Assembly: GCF_006345805.1 (NCBI RefSeq)
Contig: NC_043012.1
Location: 42,470,001 to 42,534,000, forward strand
DNA length: 64,000 nt
Direction of reading: 5' to 3'
Source: Octopus sinensis
Lineage: Eukaryota
The notes under the pieces are model-generated. The model saw only the letters and a list, made by a program, of their open reading frames with translations, ran no database searches and was not told where the DNA came from. Positions 38,884 to 51,013 of the stretch are shown piece after piece. Numbering within the stretch: the stretch's first letter is position 1; each line of letters starts with the position of its first letter. A program made the position numbers and the translations under genes.

Positions 38884-39042
38884 CAAATATATATATAGAT
38901 GTATATATATTTACAAATATATATATATATATATATATATATTTACAAATATATATATAGATGTATATATATATAATTTACAAATATATATATAGATGTA
39001 TATATATTTACAAATATATATATATATATATATACATGATGT

Positions 39043-39325
39043 ATATAAATTAGAGATAAAACCACTATTATGCAATTCAAACAATGATAGACATAAACCA
39101 AACATAAATAAAAAAATAAAATATATTTTAAAACATATAACTAGATCACAAAAAGTACATAAATAAATAAACTTATTATATAAGTATATTATATATTGTT
39201 TATTCATTTTTGTACTTTTTATGATCTAGTTATATGTTTTAAAATATATTTTATTTTTTATTTATGTTTGGTTTATGTCTATCATTGTTTGAATTGCATA
39301 ATAGTGGTTTTATCTCTAATTTATA
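39043..39325. mobile_element. Foldback MITE with ~115-bp arms
   Basis: AAATTAGAGATAAAACCACTATTATGCAATTCAAACAATG...AAAAGTACA and its reverse complement. Partial copy at 41810-41955. Confidence 0.85.
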
Positions 39326-39679
39326 TTTTATATATTTATATCGTGAAATTTGACTTAATACTAAATTGAATTTTTCCCTGTAAGTTTGGAGTTATGCTCC
39401 CTAATATTATTATCAATATATATATATATATATATATATATTTATTCATAGCAGCGTTGGCATTAACAATAGTAATATTAATAATAATATTAGTCAGATT
39501 ATTAACAGTGGTAGTGTTAGTGGTAATAACGACAGCATTTCTAATAACAGTGGTAGTATTAATGATAACAACCCCAACATTCCTATAGTCAGGGAAATTA
39601 CCGACGATAGTACAATTAATAGTAATGATAATAATAGGAATAGTATTGTGGTCAATGCTAGCAATAATATTAACAGCAA

Positions 39680-40810
39680 TCATAACAATAAAAACTCCGT
39701 CTTAGTCTCGGAGGTAAACCCTAACAGATTAAAGTTCTTATCCAGCAATTCCAAAATTAGAAATTCCATTTACCAGTGTAAAATTTCTTCCGGTACCGAT
39801 GTCTTCTTCTACATTGGGGCAACTGCTTCTAAATTAGCCCAGAGGATCTCCAATCATTATTCAACTTTCCGAGATAAGAGAAAACAACAAAGCACAGGAC
39901 TAAGTAAATTAGTTTGGCGTCTTAAGGACAGCAATACAACTTTCAAGCTGGAATGGTCCATATTGTCTGTATCCTTTCCGTTTGATAAGGGCAGAAAATT
40001 TTGTGGCGTCTGTAATTCCGAACTTTTCCATATATTGTTCGCCAAATTCCCTTTGATAAATACAATGGTCGAAAAATCCTATAGGTGCATACACTGGCAG
40101 AAACACACCTTTCACTTATATGAATGATGATTAATATAGATAACCTCCTTGAATTTTAATAATTTGGTTCTATTTATACATCACCCCCATAGTCAAATTT
40201 TTATACTCATAAAGGACTACTACCCAATTCATTGAGGTATGTTTTACCTTTGTCTCTCTACCTCGCCCTCCTCTCTCTCTCTCTTTCCCTCTCTCTATCG
40301 TAAGCACAATCAAACACACAGACACAAACCTGTCACTTCACCACTGTTTGTTTTTCGCATCTACCCAACCACACACACAATCACGCACACACATACACAC
40401 ACATAGACATGAATGCAGTTATATATATACACACACATAGGCACTCAATCACAAAAGAAAACAACAACAAATCACCATTCATATGACTTGCACCCTGTCA
40501 CCTTCCTATTCTTATACCTCTCTCCTCCAACCTTGAACTTTCTAGAATCTTCTACACTCAACCATTTTTGACGTCACTGCTTATAACGGAATATTTTAAA
40601 GAAACACTCATTATCGCTATGGGCTCCGTGTGGGCAGTCATCTAAAAGTCTTTGTTCATCTTGATGCTGACATAAGTTCCTTGTTTTTCCTGATGAGAAG
40701 GCGGTATAATGCACCCCTTATTCCTTCGAAATTAGGAATATGAAACATTCGAAACATATGTCGAGAATAAAGGAATTTTGTTAATTCGTCGTTCAACTCC
40801 ATTCTTTCAT
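39680..40810 (+). mobile_element. Penelope-like element 3' part of a different lineage: GIY-YIG (to 40127) and terminal repeat with hammerhead
   Basis: SIYQCKI...FYIGAT...RISNHYSTF...STGLSKLVWRLK...CGVCNSE...CIH, with a hammerhead at 40679-40773. Confidence 0.8.
40679..40773 (+). ncRNA. Type I hammerhead ribozyme
   Basis: CCUUGUUUUUC-CUGAUGA-GAA...UUC-GAAAC-AUAU-GUC-GAGAAUAAAGG. Helix I is 5+4 bp and the helix III loop is palindromic. Confidence 0.8.
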
Positions 40811-40815
40811 TTATT

Positions 40816-40856
<41 letters not shown>

Positions 40857-41005
40857 TATATTATATATATATATATTTACAATATATATATATATACAAA
40901 TATATATATATACATTATACATATATATATATATACATATACATGTATATATGTATTTATAAATATATATATATATATTTACAAATAATATATATATATA
41001 TATTT

Positions 41006-41040
<35 letters not shown>

Positions 41041-41065
41041 CAAATATATATATATATATATATAT

Positions 41066-41137
<72 letters not shown>

Positions 41138-41149
41138 CCACTAAATCTT

Positions 41150-41310
41150 TTTTATTTTCTCTCTCTGCTTATTTCTGAGTTACTTTCTGTTGAAGAGCAT
41201 GGGCTCGAAACGTAAAAGACTTTCTCACTTATAGAGTGTTAAACTAATACATATTTGTTGTTTACACACCCGTCTTCGTCGTTTCTTTTTGTTTTCGTAA
41301 ATTCTAACTA
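41150..41310 (+). mobile_element. Short terminal fragment related to the family at 51012-52440
   Basis: CTTTCTGTTGAAGAGC...GCTCGAAACGTAAAAGAC block. Another fragment lies at 42660-42845 on the minus strand. Confidence 0.6.
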
Positions 41311-41529
41311 TATATACATGCATATAAATAATTTGCGATGAGTCATTCTCTTGCTACTGTATATATATATATATCTGTGTGTAGGTGTTTGTGTGAATAG
41401 GGCGTTAGGAAACATCTACATTGCAAGATCTAAAAGATAAAGCGCTCTACTGTTGTATTTAACGCACATGAATGAAAACATATACGCTACCAGGGACCAT
41501 AATTGTCCAAAAAATGCCGATCAAGAATT

Positions 41530-41577
41530 CTTAATACGACGTCAGTTTCGGCAATTTCCGTTACCTCATCAGTTAAG
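41530..41577 (-). ncRNA. Compact type I hammerhead ribozyme
   Basis: CUUAA-CUGAUGA-GGUAA-CGGAAA-UUGCC-GAAAC-UGACGUC-GUA-UUAAG. Confidence 0.85.
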
Positions 41578-41634
41578 CCCGCTCAGTTTCTCGTAAACAT
41601 TGCAAACTGCTGATTATATTAATTATATATATTC

Positions 41635-41810
41635 TTTTAGTCGTTTTAGTCATTTGACTGCGGCCATGCTGGAACAGCCCAGGACTTGTTCTTTGTAAAC
41701 CTAGTACTTATCGGTCCTTTTTGTTGAATCGCTAGATTACGGGGACATAAACACACCAACATCAGTTGTCAAGCGATGGCTTGGGGGTGCACAGACACAC
41801 AAATACACAA
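41635..41810 (-). mobile_element. 3' half of the SINE family at 4718-5130, internally deleted
   Basis: GTCATTTGACTGCGGCCATGCTGG...AAACACACCA...TTGTCAAGC. Confidence 0.7.
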
Positions 41811-42864
41811 ACTAGATCACAAAAAGTACAGAAATAAATAAACTTATTATATAATAAGTATATTATATATTGTTTATTCATTTTTGTACTTTTTATGATC
41901 TTGTTATATGTTTTAAAATATATTTTATTTTTTTATTTATGTTTGGTTTATGTCTACCCGTTGAAAACAAACGGAAAGAAAATAACACTCAACATATTTA
42001 ATCGGAGTTCTAGGGATTTAATAACGGGTTGACTAAGCTTTACAGTCATAAAAAATATGAAGAGTAAATAGATATATACGTGTGAGCCACACAGCGATGC
42101 TTGCTCCAATAGTGAATTTGTTTGTTAACTACTCTCTTTCCATTAAATCTAAAATTTCTGCTTTTTATTGACAGCTGAATCTGCAATTTATTGCCGTTTT
42201 TTATTTTAAAATAATTTTCAGGCGAAAAGGTGTGATTTAAGGGAGATTTAACTGTTTTTTCTACACATCCTACGACCACCTGATACCATATACACGTGTA
42301 TTGAAGTTTTGTCACTTCAATAAGTTTTTAAATATTTTCCCCCGTAAACGCATTTTGTGGAATGATGTAGCGATGGTCCATTGGTGGAATTTAAGCAACA
42401 ACAAAAAATATCGTAATTTAAATTGTTGATCCCCCACCCGTCACCAAATCAGCCCGTGCCCGCGCGTGTGTGTGTAAGAAAAAGCAAATCTTTTAAATTA
42501 TCTTTTAATACCTCATTTAAATCACACCGTCGTCCTAAGGAAATTATTTACATGCATGCATACGTACACTGACAAGCACGCATATAATCAGCGTGAGCTA
42601 TATACTTTTATAGATAGTAAGAGAGAGTGTTGTACTATATATATATAGGGAGAGTTTAAATATATATAGGGAGAGTTTATATATATAGGGAGAGTTTACG
42701 AAAAAAAACAAAAGACGAAGACAGGTGGTGTACAAAACAAACAGAAGTATTAGTATAACGCTCAGGAATAGAAAAAGTCTTTTACGTTTCGAGCCTACGC
42801 TCTTCTACAGAAAGGGACACAGAAAAAACAAGGAGAGAAAAAATTATTCCTATATATATAATTT

Positions 42865-42912
<48 letters not shown>

Positions 42913-42916
42913 ATAT

Positions 42917-42970
<54 letters not shown>

Positions 42971-42977
42971 TATATAT

Positions 42978-43018
<41 letters not shown>

Positions 43019-44699
43019 GAGAGAGAGGGAGAGAGGGGGAGTTTACCATGATGAAAACGAAAAATAAAAGAGATAAACAGAGAGATCTTTTCTGTCACAG
43101 ACTGAAATTTTAAAATGAAGCAAAAAGCTTCAAATTTGGTATATTGATGTACTTTTTCACGTTGAATCCGGGTTTGTGATTCATTTATTCCAGAATTTTT
43201 TTTTAATGTCACGGAGGTTTAAAGTTTGATTATTTTTACCCAATCAGAAAACAGGATTTGGAAGTTAATCATAGTGTGCATGAAAAGCTGTGTATCATAA
43301 AATGAAAGTAAAGATTAGAAGACGAAATTTTAAACAAAATGAAAGCAATGCGTGTGAGATAATAAATATTTACAGAGAGAAGGGAAAAGAGTGAAAGAGA
43401 GAGATAGTGTGTGTGTGTGTGCGTACATGTGTGTGTGCGTGCATATGTGTGTGCGTGTATGTGTGTGTGTGTGATAAAGAGTGTGGTAAATAATAGAGAG
43501 TGAGTGACGGTGACAGATAGGAGATTTTTAAATCTAAAACAAATTATATTTTCTACTATTATTTATGGACGATATTCTCATTGGGATGCACATTTCGAAA
43601 ATGAAATCCGTTGTAATAATATTTTACAACACTTGTATTGCTGTTTTCATGATATAATTATGTTTTTCTTCAATAATGTAATTATGTATTCATCCAATAA
43701 TGAGGTTGAGCTGCTGGTTGCAATAATATTCTAAAAACTTTCAGTAATATTTGATATTGTTATGATATACATCTCAGTTTAAGATCAATGGCACTCACGA
43801 CATTGAATACTGTCATTTTTTCCAATCCAATAATGTTATGTGTAAATGTTATATGTATCTGACGATTTGACAGCCTTGACTATGTAATTTGCATTATGTT
43901 GCAAATAATCACCTTATGTCAGTGAAACGTACGTAAGGTAGTGTTACTAAATATCTCATACAATCTCATGATTTCCTTCGCTTTATAAATAATGTTTTAT
44001 AATAATAAAATACAGAAATTATTACACTGACAATGATGAAGTAATAATTTTAACATTTTAAAAATATCTTGATTATGATTCGTTGCGTTTCGATAATTTT
44101 TGACAATGTTTAATAACTCTTTTGGTATTCCTTCAATAATATATTTGGGATTGTTTTGAAAGCGTTTAAAAGAGGCGCAATAATGTTTCAACTTACTTTA
44201 TTACAATTTTGATAAATGTCAGAAAGCTGTAATAAAGATGATGATGATTATGATGATGATGATGATGATGATATATTCATATCTACACAACATTTCGTTC
44301 TGTTTCATTGTCACCTGGTGTCTTATCAATTACTCCTGAAAAATTATAATCTAAATAACAGTAACAACATCACTGACAATAACAACTCATCTCAGACATG
44401 TTGAAGTGTATGATAATGGATTGCATATTATGATAATATTATGATCATCATATGTTATCATAATAATGGATTGAAGATATTCAATATACAATTTTATAAT
44501 TACATTTTTTTAAACTATATTTCTCCTTGTGACATGATGAAAAATGAAAATTAATCATATTTATATTATTCATTTAGGTTTATATATTTTCAAAATATTT
44601 TCATAATGTAACAGTAATAATATCGATATCCCACCTGTCTCCCAAAGCATAAACAAAAATAAACAGGATTTTACCAAGTGTGAAGGTCATTGATACATT

Positions 44700-47600
44700 T
44701 CAACAGCCTATCTTTGAAGCTGTAAGGTTATCGCTCTCAGGAAGTACCGGGTCTTTCATCCAGTCAATTAATCCTTTCACACTGACAATGTATACATCGG
44801 ACAATTCCTCAACCAGTCCCAGGAAAGCGTTTAAACCTTTGAGGTTTTCTTCGTTGTTCGGTAAAAACCAGTCCGATCGTAAGCGAACACCAAAAGGCGT
44901 TCGATCTCTTTTGTAAAATGCCATGAAATTACTTAGAAGGAGATCATAGGTTTGCACCGCAGTCTGGGGTTTGTTATAGCAACTGTCAACAAATTTACAC
45001 AAATACCTTTTCTTAATTCCAACATAAGGAACAGCAGGGACTTCCCAGAGACCCTTAAATTTTTTAGTAGGACACTGTTGTAGCAAGCAGTTTTTCTTCC
45101 ATCCAAAGTCTAAGGTAGACGGCCAAATTCCTGTCCTATTCTCTAAATTTGTCATTACAAACAGTGACGAATCATACAGCATCTTACTATTTTGCAAATT
45201 TTCAAATTGAACGTCTCCTTTCGATTGAAGATCAATATTTCTCCAGCCAAATATTTTGTCATGAGATACATTAGCATATCGGTTAAGCAAATATTTTTGC
45301 AAAGCAATTTCCATATTTAAAAGATTACCGGCCAGATTCTTCTTTTTTAACCCATGTAATGCAATTTCCATTCCTTCGTCGTAAAGCTCTTTAATAGCGG
45401 TATAATTAGATCCTTCGGATGTGACAAATAAGGTGCTTTTAATCCGGCAACCATTTGCATTTAACCTTTCGGCATGAAAAAGCCCTTTAAGTTTTTCAGT
45501 AATAGAAGAATTGATAGATCCTTCGTAAGTGAAATAAACGAATTGAGGAATTTTCTTCGATGTTGTTGGGATATGGAATTGGTGACATTGACAACCTGGT
45601 TTATAGCAGTTCTTCCCTTGTTGACAGGATTCCGAAACTGATACATTGCTGTCGTCATTTGATTTCGAAGGACTGCTGTTGCTGCTACTACTATTACTAA
45701 GTTCCAAATGTTCATCCAGTGGGTCTGACGAAAATTCTCGAGATTTCACAAAGCCTGGTAATAAAGCGGATTTTGTATATCTACTTGTAAGAATATTTCG
45801 CTGACCTACACTTTTATTTTTATATCTGTTATTAATATTTATTCCAGTAGTAAAATCCAAGAAAGTTTTTCTTAAATCAGAGTATTTTGTTTTTAAATAT
45901 TGTCCCCTTTCTAATGGAAGAATTTCGGCCTTTTTAGATAAAATAGCTTCTTTTTTCGGTGAAAGTATTTTAACTGTTTCTGATGATGGAATTTCTAATT
46001 TTTCAAATGGACGAATTTTGGTTATTTTAGATTTCAATAAATTTCTCATTGTTGTCATCGGTTTCACGTTTAACTCCTTCAAACCGTTTTCATAGTCCAA
46101 CTTCTGCTGTCTGTTGTGGATTAATATTACCGGCTCACGGTAATCCTTGTTTGTAAGAAGTTGCCTGTCTATCGAATTATTCTTTGCAACTAATATCACA
46201 GCGCTATCGTGGTTAGACGAATCTTTCGTAATTATCTTCTCTAGCTCCTTATCATTTTTCATTACCAGGCTGGCCGCTACTCGGAATAAGTTTGATTTTC
46301 TATGAAAAACACTTTGAAGTGAATGTCTACTAGTGTCAATATTACTTTGGTCATTTTCATTTCTATTGTGTATGTTCATGTTAGAATTGCTTTGAATAGG
46401 TAAGCTTCTTGTTTTCTTGATATCTGAATTTTCCTCGGCTGCGCTTCTCTCAGAAAAAACTTCAGGGAATTCGAATTTGTCCCTTTTATTACTTTTCAGT
46501 GACCGTTTATGGAGAATATTAGTTGGTACAGAATCAGAGGTCTGATAGGAAGTTCTCAACGTCACAGAAGACTCATTCAGTGGAGTCAGTGTCGTCTGAG
46601 AAATATTTTGTAATTTATTTCGACTGGCTGTATTCGAAGGTGACAGTGTCGAGTGAATTAATTCTCTTGTTGAATTGAAACTATTACCGATAGGCTGGGT
46701 TTGAGATGGTGTTGACTGAAAATTATATCCTTCCGTTACAAAATTATTAGAAACTTGTTGGGTTTGCAGCGATTGTAACCTTGCGCTCGGGTCATTGTTA
46801 TTGTTCCCTTCCATGTTTTGTGACATCATCACGTTTGTAGTGATTTCTCCCATCAAGACTGTTGTTGCTAGTTTCGTTGACGAAATCGTTTCTACAGAAA
46901 CTATGGTTTGGTTTGGGAAACTGGAAGATTGGTTTATGGAACTGGTGGTTTGATTTGGGAAACTGGAATATTGGTTTGTGGAACTGGTGGTTTGATTTGG
47001 GAAACTGGAATATTGGTTTATGGAACTGGTGGTTTGATTTGGGAAACTGGAATATTGGTTTGTGGAACTGGTGGTTTGATTTGGGAACTGGAATATTGGT
47101 TTGTGGAACTGGTGGTTTGATTGGGAAACTGGAATATTGGTTATGGAACTGGTGGTTTGATTTGGGAAACTGGAAGATTGGTTTATGGAACTGGTGGTTT
47201 GATTTGGGAAACTGGAATATGGTTTATGGAACTGGTGGTTTGATTGGGAAACTGGAATATTGGTTATGGAACTGGTGGTTTGATTTGGGAAACTGGAATA
47301 TTGGTTTGTGGAACTGGTGGTTTGATTTGGGAAACTGGAATATTGGTTTATGGAACTGGTGGTTTGATTTGGGAAACTGGAAGATTGGTTTATGGAACTG
47401 GTGGTTTGATTTGGGAAACTGGAATATTGGTTTATGGAACTGGTGGTTTGATTTGGGAAACTGGAATATTGGCTTATGGAACTGGTGGTTTGATTTGGGG
47501 AGTTGTTTGTTTGTTTTGGCGAAATGGTGGTTCCGTTTAGGTAACCGTTGGTTTGGTTCTGACATTGAAACGGAGCAAATTTGGACAACTCATTTAACGA

Positions 47601-48590
47601 TGGTTGGTGCTTCATCCATTCCACAATCTGTTTAATATTAACAACATAAACGTCATTGAGGCCGAGGATATAGTCTAAAAATCGATGCATGGCTTTCATT
47701 CGGTATGGGTTCGTCTCATATTCTTGCAACAACCATGTTGAATGCATGTTCAAGCCAAATGGTGCCTTGTTCATAGTGTAGTAACTCATGAAATTTTCCA
47801 GCAAGAAATTGAATGATTCTTCTTCGTTTGTTGGTGAATTCGCACATCCGTCCACATAGACGCAAGGATAACGAGCCAGTTTGTCAAGCACTGTCACGAT
47901 AGGTACTTCCCAGAATCCTTGAATATTTTCGGTCGGACATTCGGGAATGCTGCAAGGATATGGCCAACCATAATCCATCGTAAATGGAACTGGGGATTCT
48001 TCAATCAGTGACCTTTTGGTGATAGTCAAAGTTGAATCGTAGGCAAAACCTGCCTTACTCAGTATTTCAAACTGTTCGTTTCCGTAAGCTATTAAATACG
48101 GACTTCTGAATCCGACAATTTCTTCTTTGGGTATCTGCGATCGATTGGCAAGGTTTAACCGTTGACCAAGTGCTTCGTATGAAAACTGAAGAGCATTCAG
48201 TGATCTTATATGATTGATGCCATGCACTGCTATATCCATTCCTTGGTCATAGAACTGCTTCACCAAGTCGTAATCGGTATCGTTATGCGACACGAACAAA
48301 GTCATCGAAATTGGGCACTTATTTGGATTTGTGCGGCTTTTATTGAATAATTCTTCATAAAGAGGAGAATTTCGAACTGTCACTGCATCGTCGAACGAGA
48401 AGTAAACCAACTGAGGCCTTTGTGACTTTTTACCGGGGATTGTATGGCCACAGCAGGAGCAGTTTGGCAGAGTGCAGTGACCCGTTGTTCTACATTTATT
48501 GCATTCGTTTGGTGTAGTGCGTATGTTGGCGAGGACGATAGAAGCAGAAAAGATTGCCAATGACAAGACGAAAAAGAATGGGAAGTTCAT
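44700..48590 (-). CDS. Secreted tandem CE4 (chitin deacetylase-like) protein, 1296 aa, intronless CDS
   Basis: Hydrophobic N-terminal signal. Domain 1 (aa ~30-343) has SFDD, HGINH, RSPY, DST and FGLNMH. Domain 2 (aa 989-1296) is homologous but has TYEG, HGLKK, RNID and FGVRLR. A pyrimidine-rich acceptor-like site lies just 5' of the ATG. Confidence 0.92.
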   Translation of the reverse strand: MNFPFFFVLSLAIFSASIVLANIRTTPNECNKCRTTGHCTLPNCSCCGHTIPGKKSQRPQLVYFSFDDAVTVRNSPLYEELFNKSRTNPNKCPISMTLFVSHNDTDYDLVKQFYDQGMDIAVHGINHIRSLNALQFSYEALGQRLNLANRSQIPKEEIVGFRSPYLIAYGNEQFEILSKAGFAYDSTLTITKRSLIEESPVPFTMDYGWPYPCSIPECPTENIQGFWEVPIVTVLDKLARYPCVYVDGCANSPTNEEESFNFLLENFMSYYTMNKAPFGLNMHSTWLLQEYETNPYRMKAMHRFLDYILGLNDVYVVNIKQIVEWMKHQPSLNELSKFAPFQCQNQTNGYLNGTTISPKQTNNSPNQTTSSISQYSSFPNQTTSSINQYSSFPNQTTSSINQSSSFPNQTTSSINQYSSFPNQTTSSTNQYSSFPNQTTSSITNIPVSQSNHQFHKPYSSFPNQTTSSINQSSSFPNQTTSSITNIPVSQSNHQFHKPIFQFPNQTTSSTNQYSSFPNQTTSSINQYSSFPNQTTSSTNQYSSFPNQTTSSINQSSSFPNQTIVSVETISSTKLATTVLMGEITTNVMMSQNMEGNNNNDPSARLQSLQTQQVSNNFVTEGYNFQSTPSQTQPIGNSFNSTRELIHSTLSPSNTASRNKLQNISQTTLTPLNESSVTLRTSYQTSDSVPTNILHKRSLKSNKRDKFEFPEVFSERSAAEENSDIKKTRSLPIQSNSNMNIHNRNENDQSNIDTSRHSLQSVFHRKSNLFRVAASLVMKNDKELEKIITKDSSNHDSAVILVAKNNSIDRQLLTNKDYREPVILIHNRQQKLDYENGLKELNVKPMTTMRNLLKSKITKIRPFEKLEIPSSETVKILSPKKEAILSKKAEILPLERGQYLKTKYSDLRKTFLDFTTGININNRYKNKSVGQRNILTSRYTKSALLPGFVKSREFSSDPLDEHLELSNSSSSNSSPSKSNDDSNVSVSESCQQGKNCYKPGCQCHQFHIPTTSKKIPQFVYFTYEGSINSSITEKLKGLFHAERLNANGCRIKSTLFVTSEGSNYTAIKELYDEGMEIALHGLKKKNLAGNLLNMEIALQKYLLNRYANVSHDKIFGWRNIDLQSKGDVQFENLQNSKMLYDSSLFVMTNLENRTGIWPSTLDFGWKKNCLLQQCPTKKFKGLWEVPAVPYVGIKKRYLCKFVDSCYNKPQTAVQTYDLLLSNFMAFYKRDRTPFGVRLRSDWFLPNNEENLKGLNAFLGLVEELSDVYIVSVKGLIDWMKDPVLPESDNLTASKIGC
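46911..47500 (-). repeat. Coding tandem repeat, 14-15 copies of 42 bp (SSFPNQTTSSINQY)
   Basis: Direct reading. Six single-base deletions lie in two clusters of three. Confidence 0.95.
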
Positions 48591-48724
48591 AATGATTGCT
48601 TAGACAGTTATCAAAGAAAACAGAGCGAGCGAGGACGGTAAGATATTATTATTGTTGTTGTCGCTGTTGTTGATGATGACAAGGATGATGACGTGCCTTG
48701 TTTACGGTTTTCTTAGTTGTTGTT

Positions 48725-48755
<31 letters not shown>

Positions 48756-49111
48756 CCGATAACAATGATGCTGACTGATACTATTATCAATGTTGTTGTT
48801 CAGCCCTGATCGAGAAGACCTTTGATCAAAGTTATTTCAGTCCGAACCCATTCCAGCGATGGTCATCTGCCTTGCTAACGGTAACTTGGACTACATTATG
48901 CAATGAACCATTCCCCTTTCTTTTAATATGGTCGGGTGTGATTCGAAGGAGGTTTTATTGATATTACTAACAGGTCAAGCGGCCGCCCAAAAACTTGATA
49001 CAAAGAATTTGCATGTGTGTATGTAAATGTATTTATGTATATATTTTTTATATGTATGTATGTAGTGTCCGTGATCACTATCTTCAGCTACGGCGCCACC
49101 AGCACTAGCAG

Positions 49112-49232
<121 letters not shown>

Positions 49233-50588
49233 GGTGGTTAAAACAAATCAAAACCATAAAGGGGTTATAGATCAAATAAATCGATATTCTTTTATCAAGA
49301 AAACATTCAATGATAATTTTTCAAAATAAATTTTTCAAACAGAGCTCTATAAACAACATTGAATACACAGGAAAATGTACACACACCTATACATATTTAT
49401 TTATTTACATATATATATGTGTGTGTGTTTATGTGTGTGTGTGTTTATGTGTGTGTGTGTTTATGTGTGTGTGTGTTTATGTGTGTGTGTGTTTATGTGT
49501 GTGTGTGTTTATGTGTGTGTGTGTGTGTACATACATACATACATATACACACCTTATTTTACACGCGCATTCTTTACGTTAAGTCTCCAAGAATTCTTTT
49601 GTAAATTATCCCAAATAAATTCCGTTGTTTAATTTTCCTTGAATTATTTTCCTTGTAAGCGCTTTACTTTTCTTTCTGCTTGTTTTCTTTCATCCAAAAC
49701 TATTCGTATTTCATTGCACTCCACCACACAAGTATGTTTCAGATGACATTATATAGTTTGTACTATTCTAAAGCTTATTCTCCTTTTTGATGTTATGTAT
49801 CTTCTTCTTTCCGTCTTCTTTCACTTCTTATATTGATGTCAAAATGACATTTATTTCATTGGAAAGAAACCTTCTTGAAGTGCTTTTTGTCCACTTATAT
49901 GTAAATATCTTGCAACTTTTTTCTGAAAGTGAGAAACATTAACTCTGAGTTAAATAGTTTGAAAGTCTTAGCCGATGCATGTAATTAAAAGGTAAGAAAG
50001 GACATATATATGTATATATATATATATATAGCTTTTTATAAATGTTTTCTTTTTCACTTTCTTATGCTTGCTGTCCGTCGCTTCTATAAAATAAATGTTC
50101 TTCAGAGTTTTATTCACTATTTATACTGTGGTTTTATGAAATTGAAACAAAGCCTCAGGTTAATGAAAAAAAGCATGGTAGCGTATAATTATATTAAGGG
50201 ACAATATAACATGAAAAGCCAAATGGAAAGAAGAAAGCGAAGATTAAAAAGAGAGATAGAAACGAATAGAAAACAAGAGAGAGGGTGACAAAGATTTAAA
50301 GAGAAAGATAGATAAAAAGAGAAAGTGAGATGAAGAGAGGGAGCAAGAAAAAGAGTGGCAAAAAAGTAAAATGAACGAAAGGAGCAAAGCAAAACAAGAT
50401 ACAAAATGTACAAAATACGACAAAAACCAGACGAAAAGAAAAGAAGATAAAAACAACAAAACCTAAAAGTTTGAAAAGTAAGAAATATAGATTACAAAAA
50501 TGATAGAAAAAATTTGGGAAATCAGTGTAAAGGAGGAAAGAAAGGAGAGAGGGAATAAAAGACTGAGAGAGAGGGGGAGATGGGGAGG

Positions 50589-50635
<47 letters not shown>

Positions 50636-50955
50636 TAATTTTGGGGTCAGAGAAAGTAACTGAAATGAATGAATGTTTTGAAAGTTTGTAATCCTCTTTA
50701 TAACCCTGTCATATCCACATTTGGGTTGCGTGTTTGTAAATCCTCACAGTTCAAAATCTGTGTCTGAAGAATGATTAGGGTATGTGATGGTGTGGTTGTG
50801 TGGTGAAGGGGAAATAGGAGGTTTTCATGAAGGGACGTGGGAAAAGAGACGCGAGGATGGAGGGATAATGTATAAGGATAGATAAATGGGTAAGTAGACA
50901 AGTCGACAAATAAATAGATAAATCAAAAGTTAGGCAGAGGTAGAAAAGTGTGAAT

Positions 50956-51011
<56 letters not shown>

Positions 51012-51013
<2 letters not shown>

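Noticed and set aside
46862-47635. 257-aa Trp-rich ORF and other frames over the 42-bp repeat; possible CRISPR-like array
   Set aside because: These are antisense or alternative frames of the deacetylase repeat. Units are contiguous with no unique spacers, so it is not a CRISPR array.
49937-49991. Exon-like segment with a strong AG|GTAAGA donor
   Set aside because: Stops in all three frames and a weak acceptor. It cannot be supported as coding, and a UTR exon cannot be tested without RNA data.
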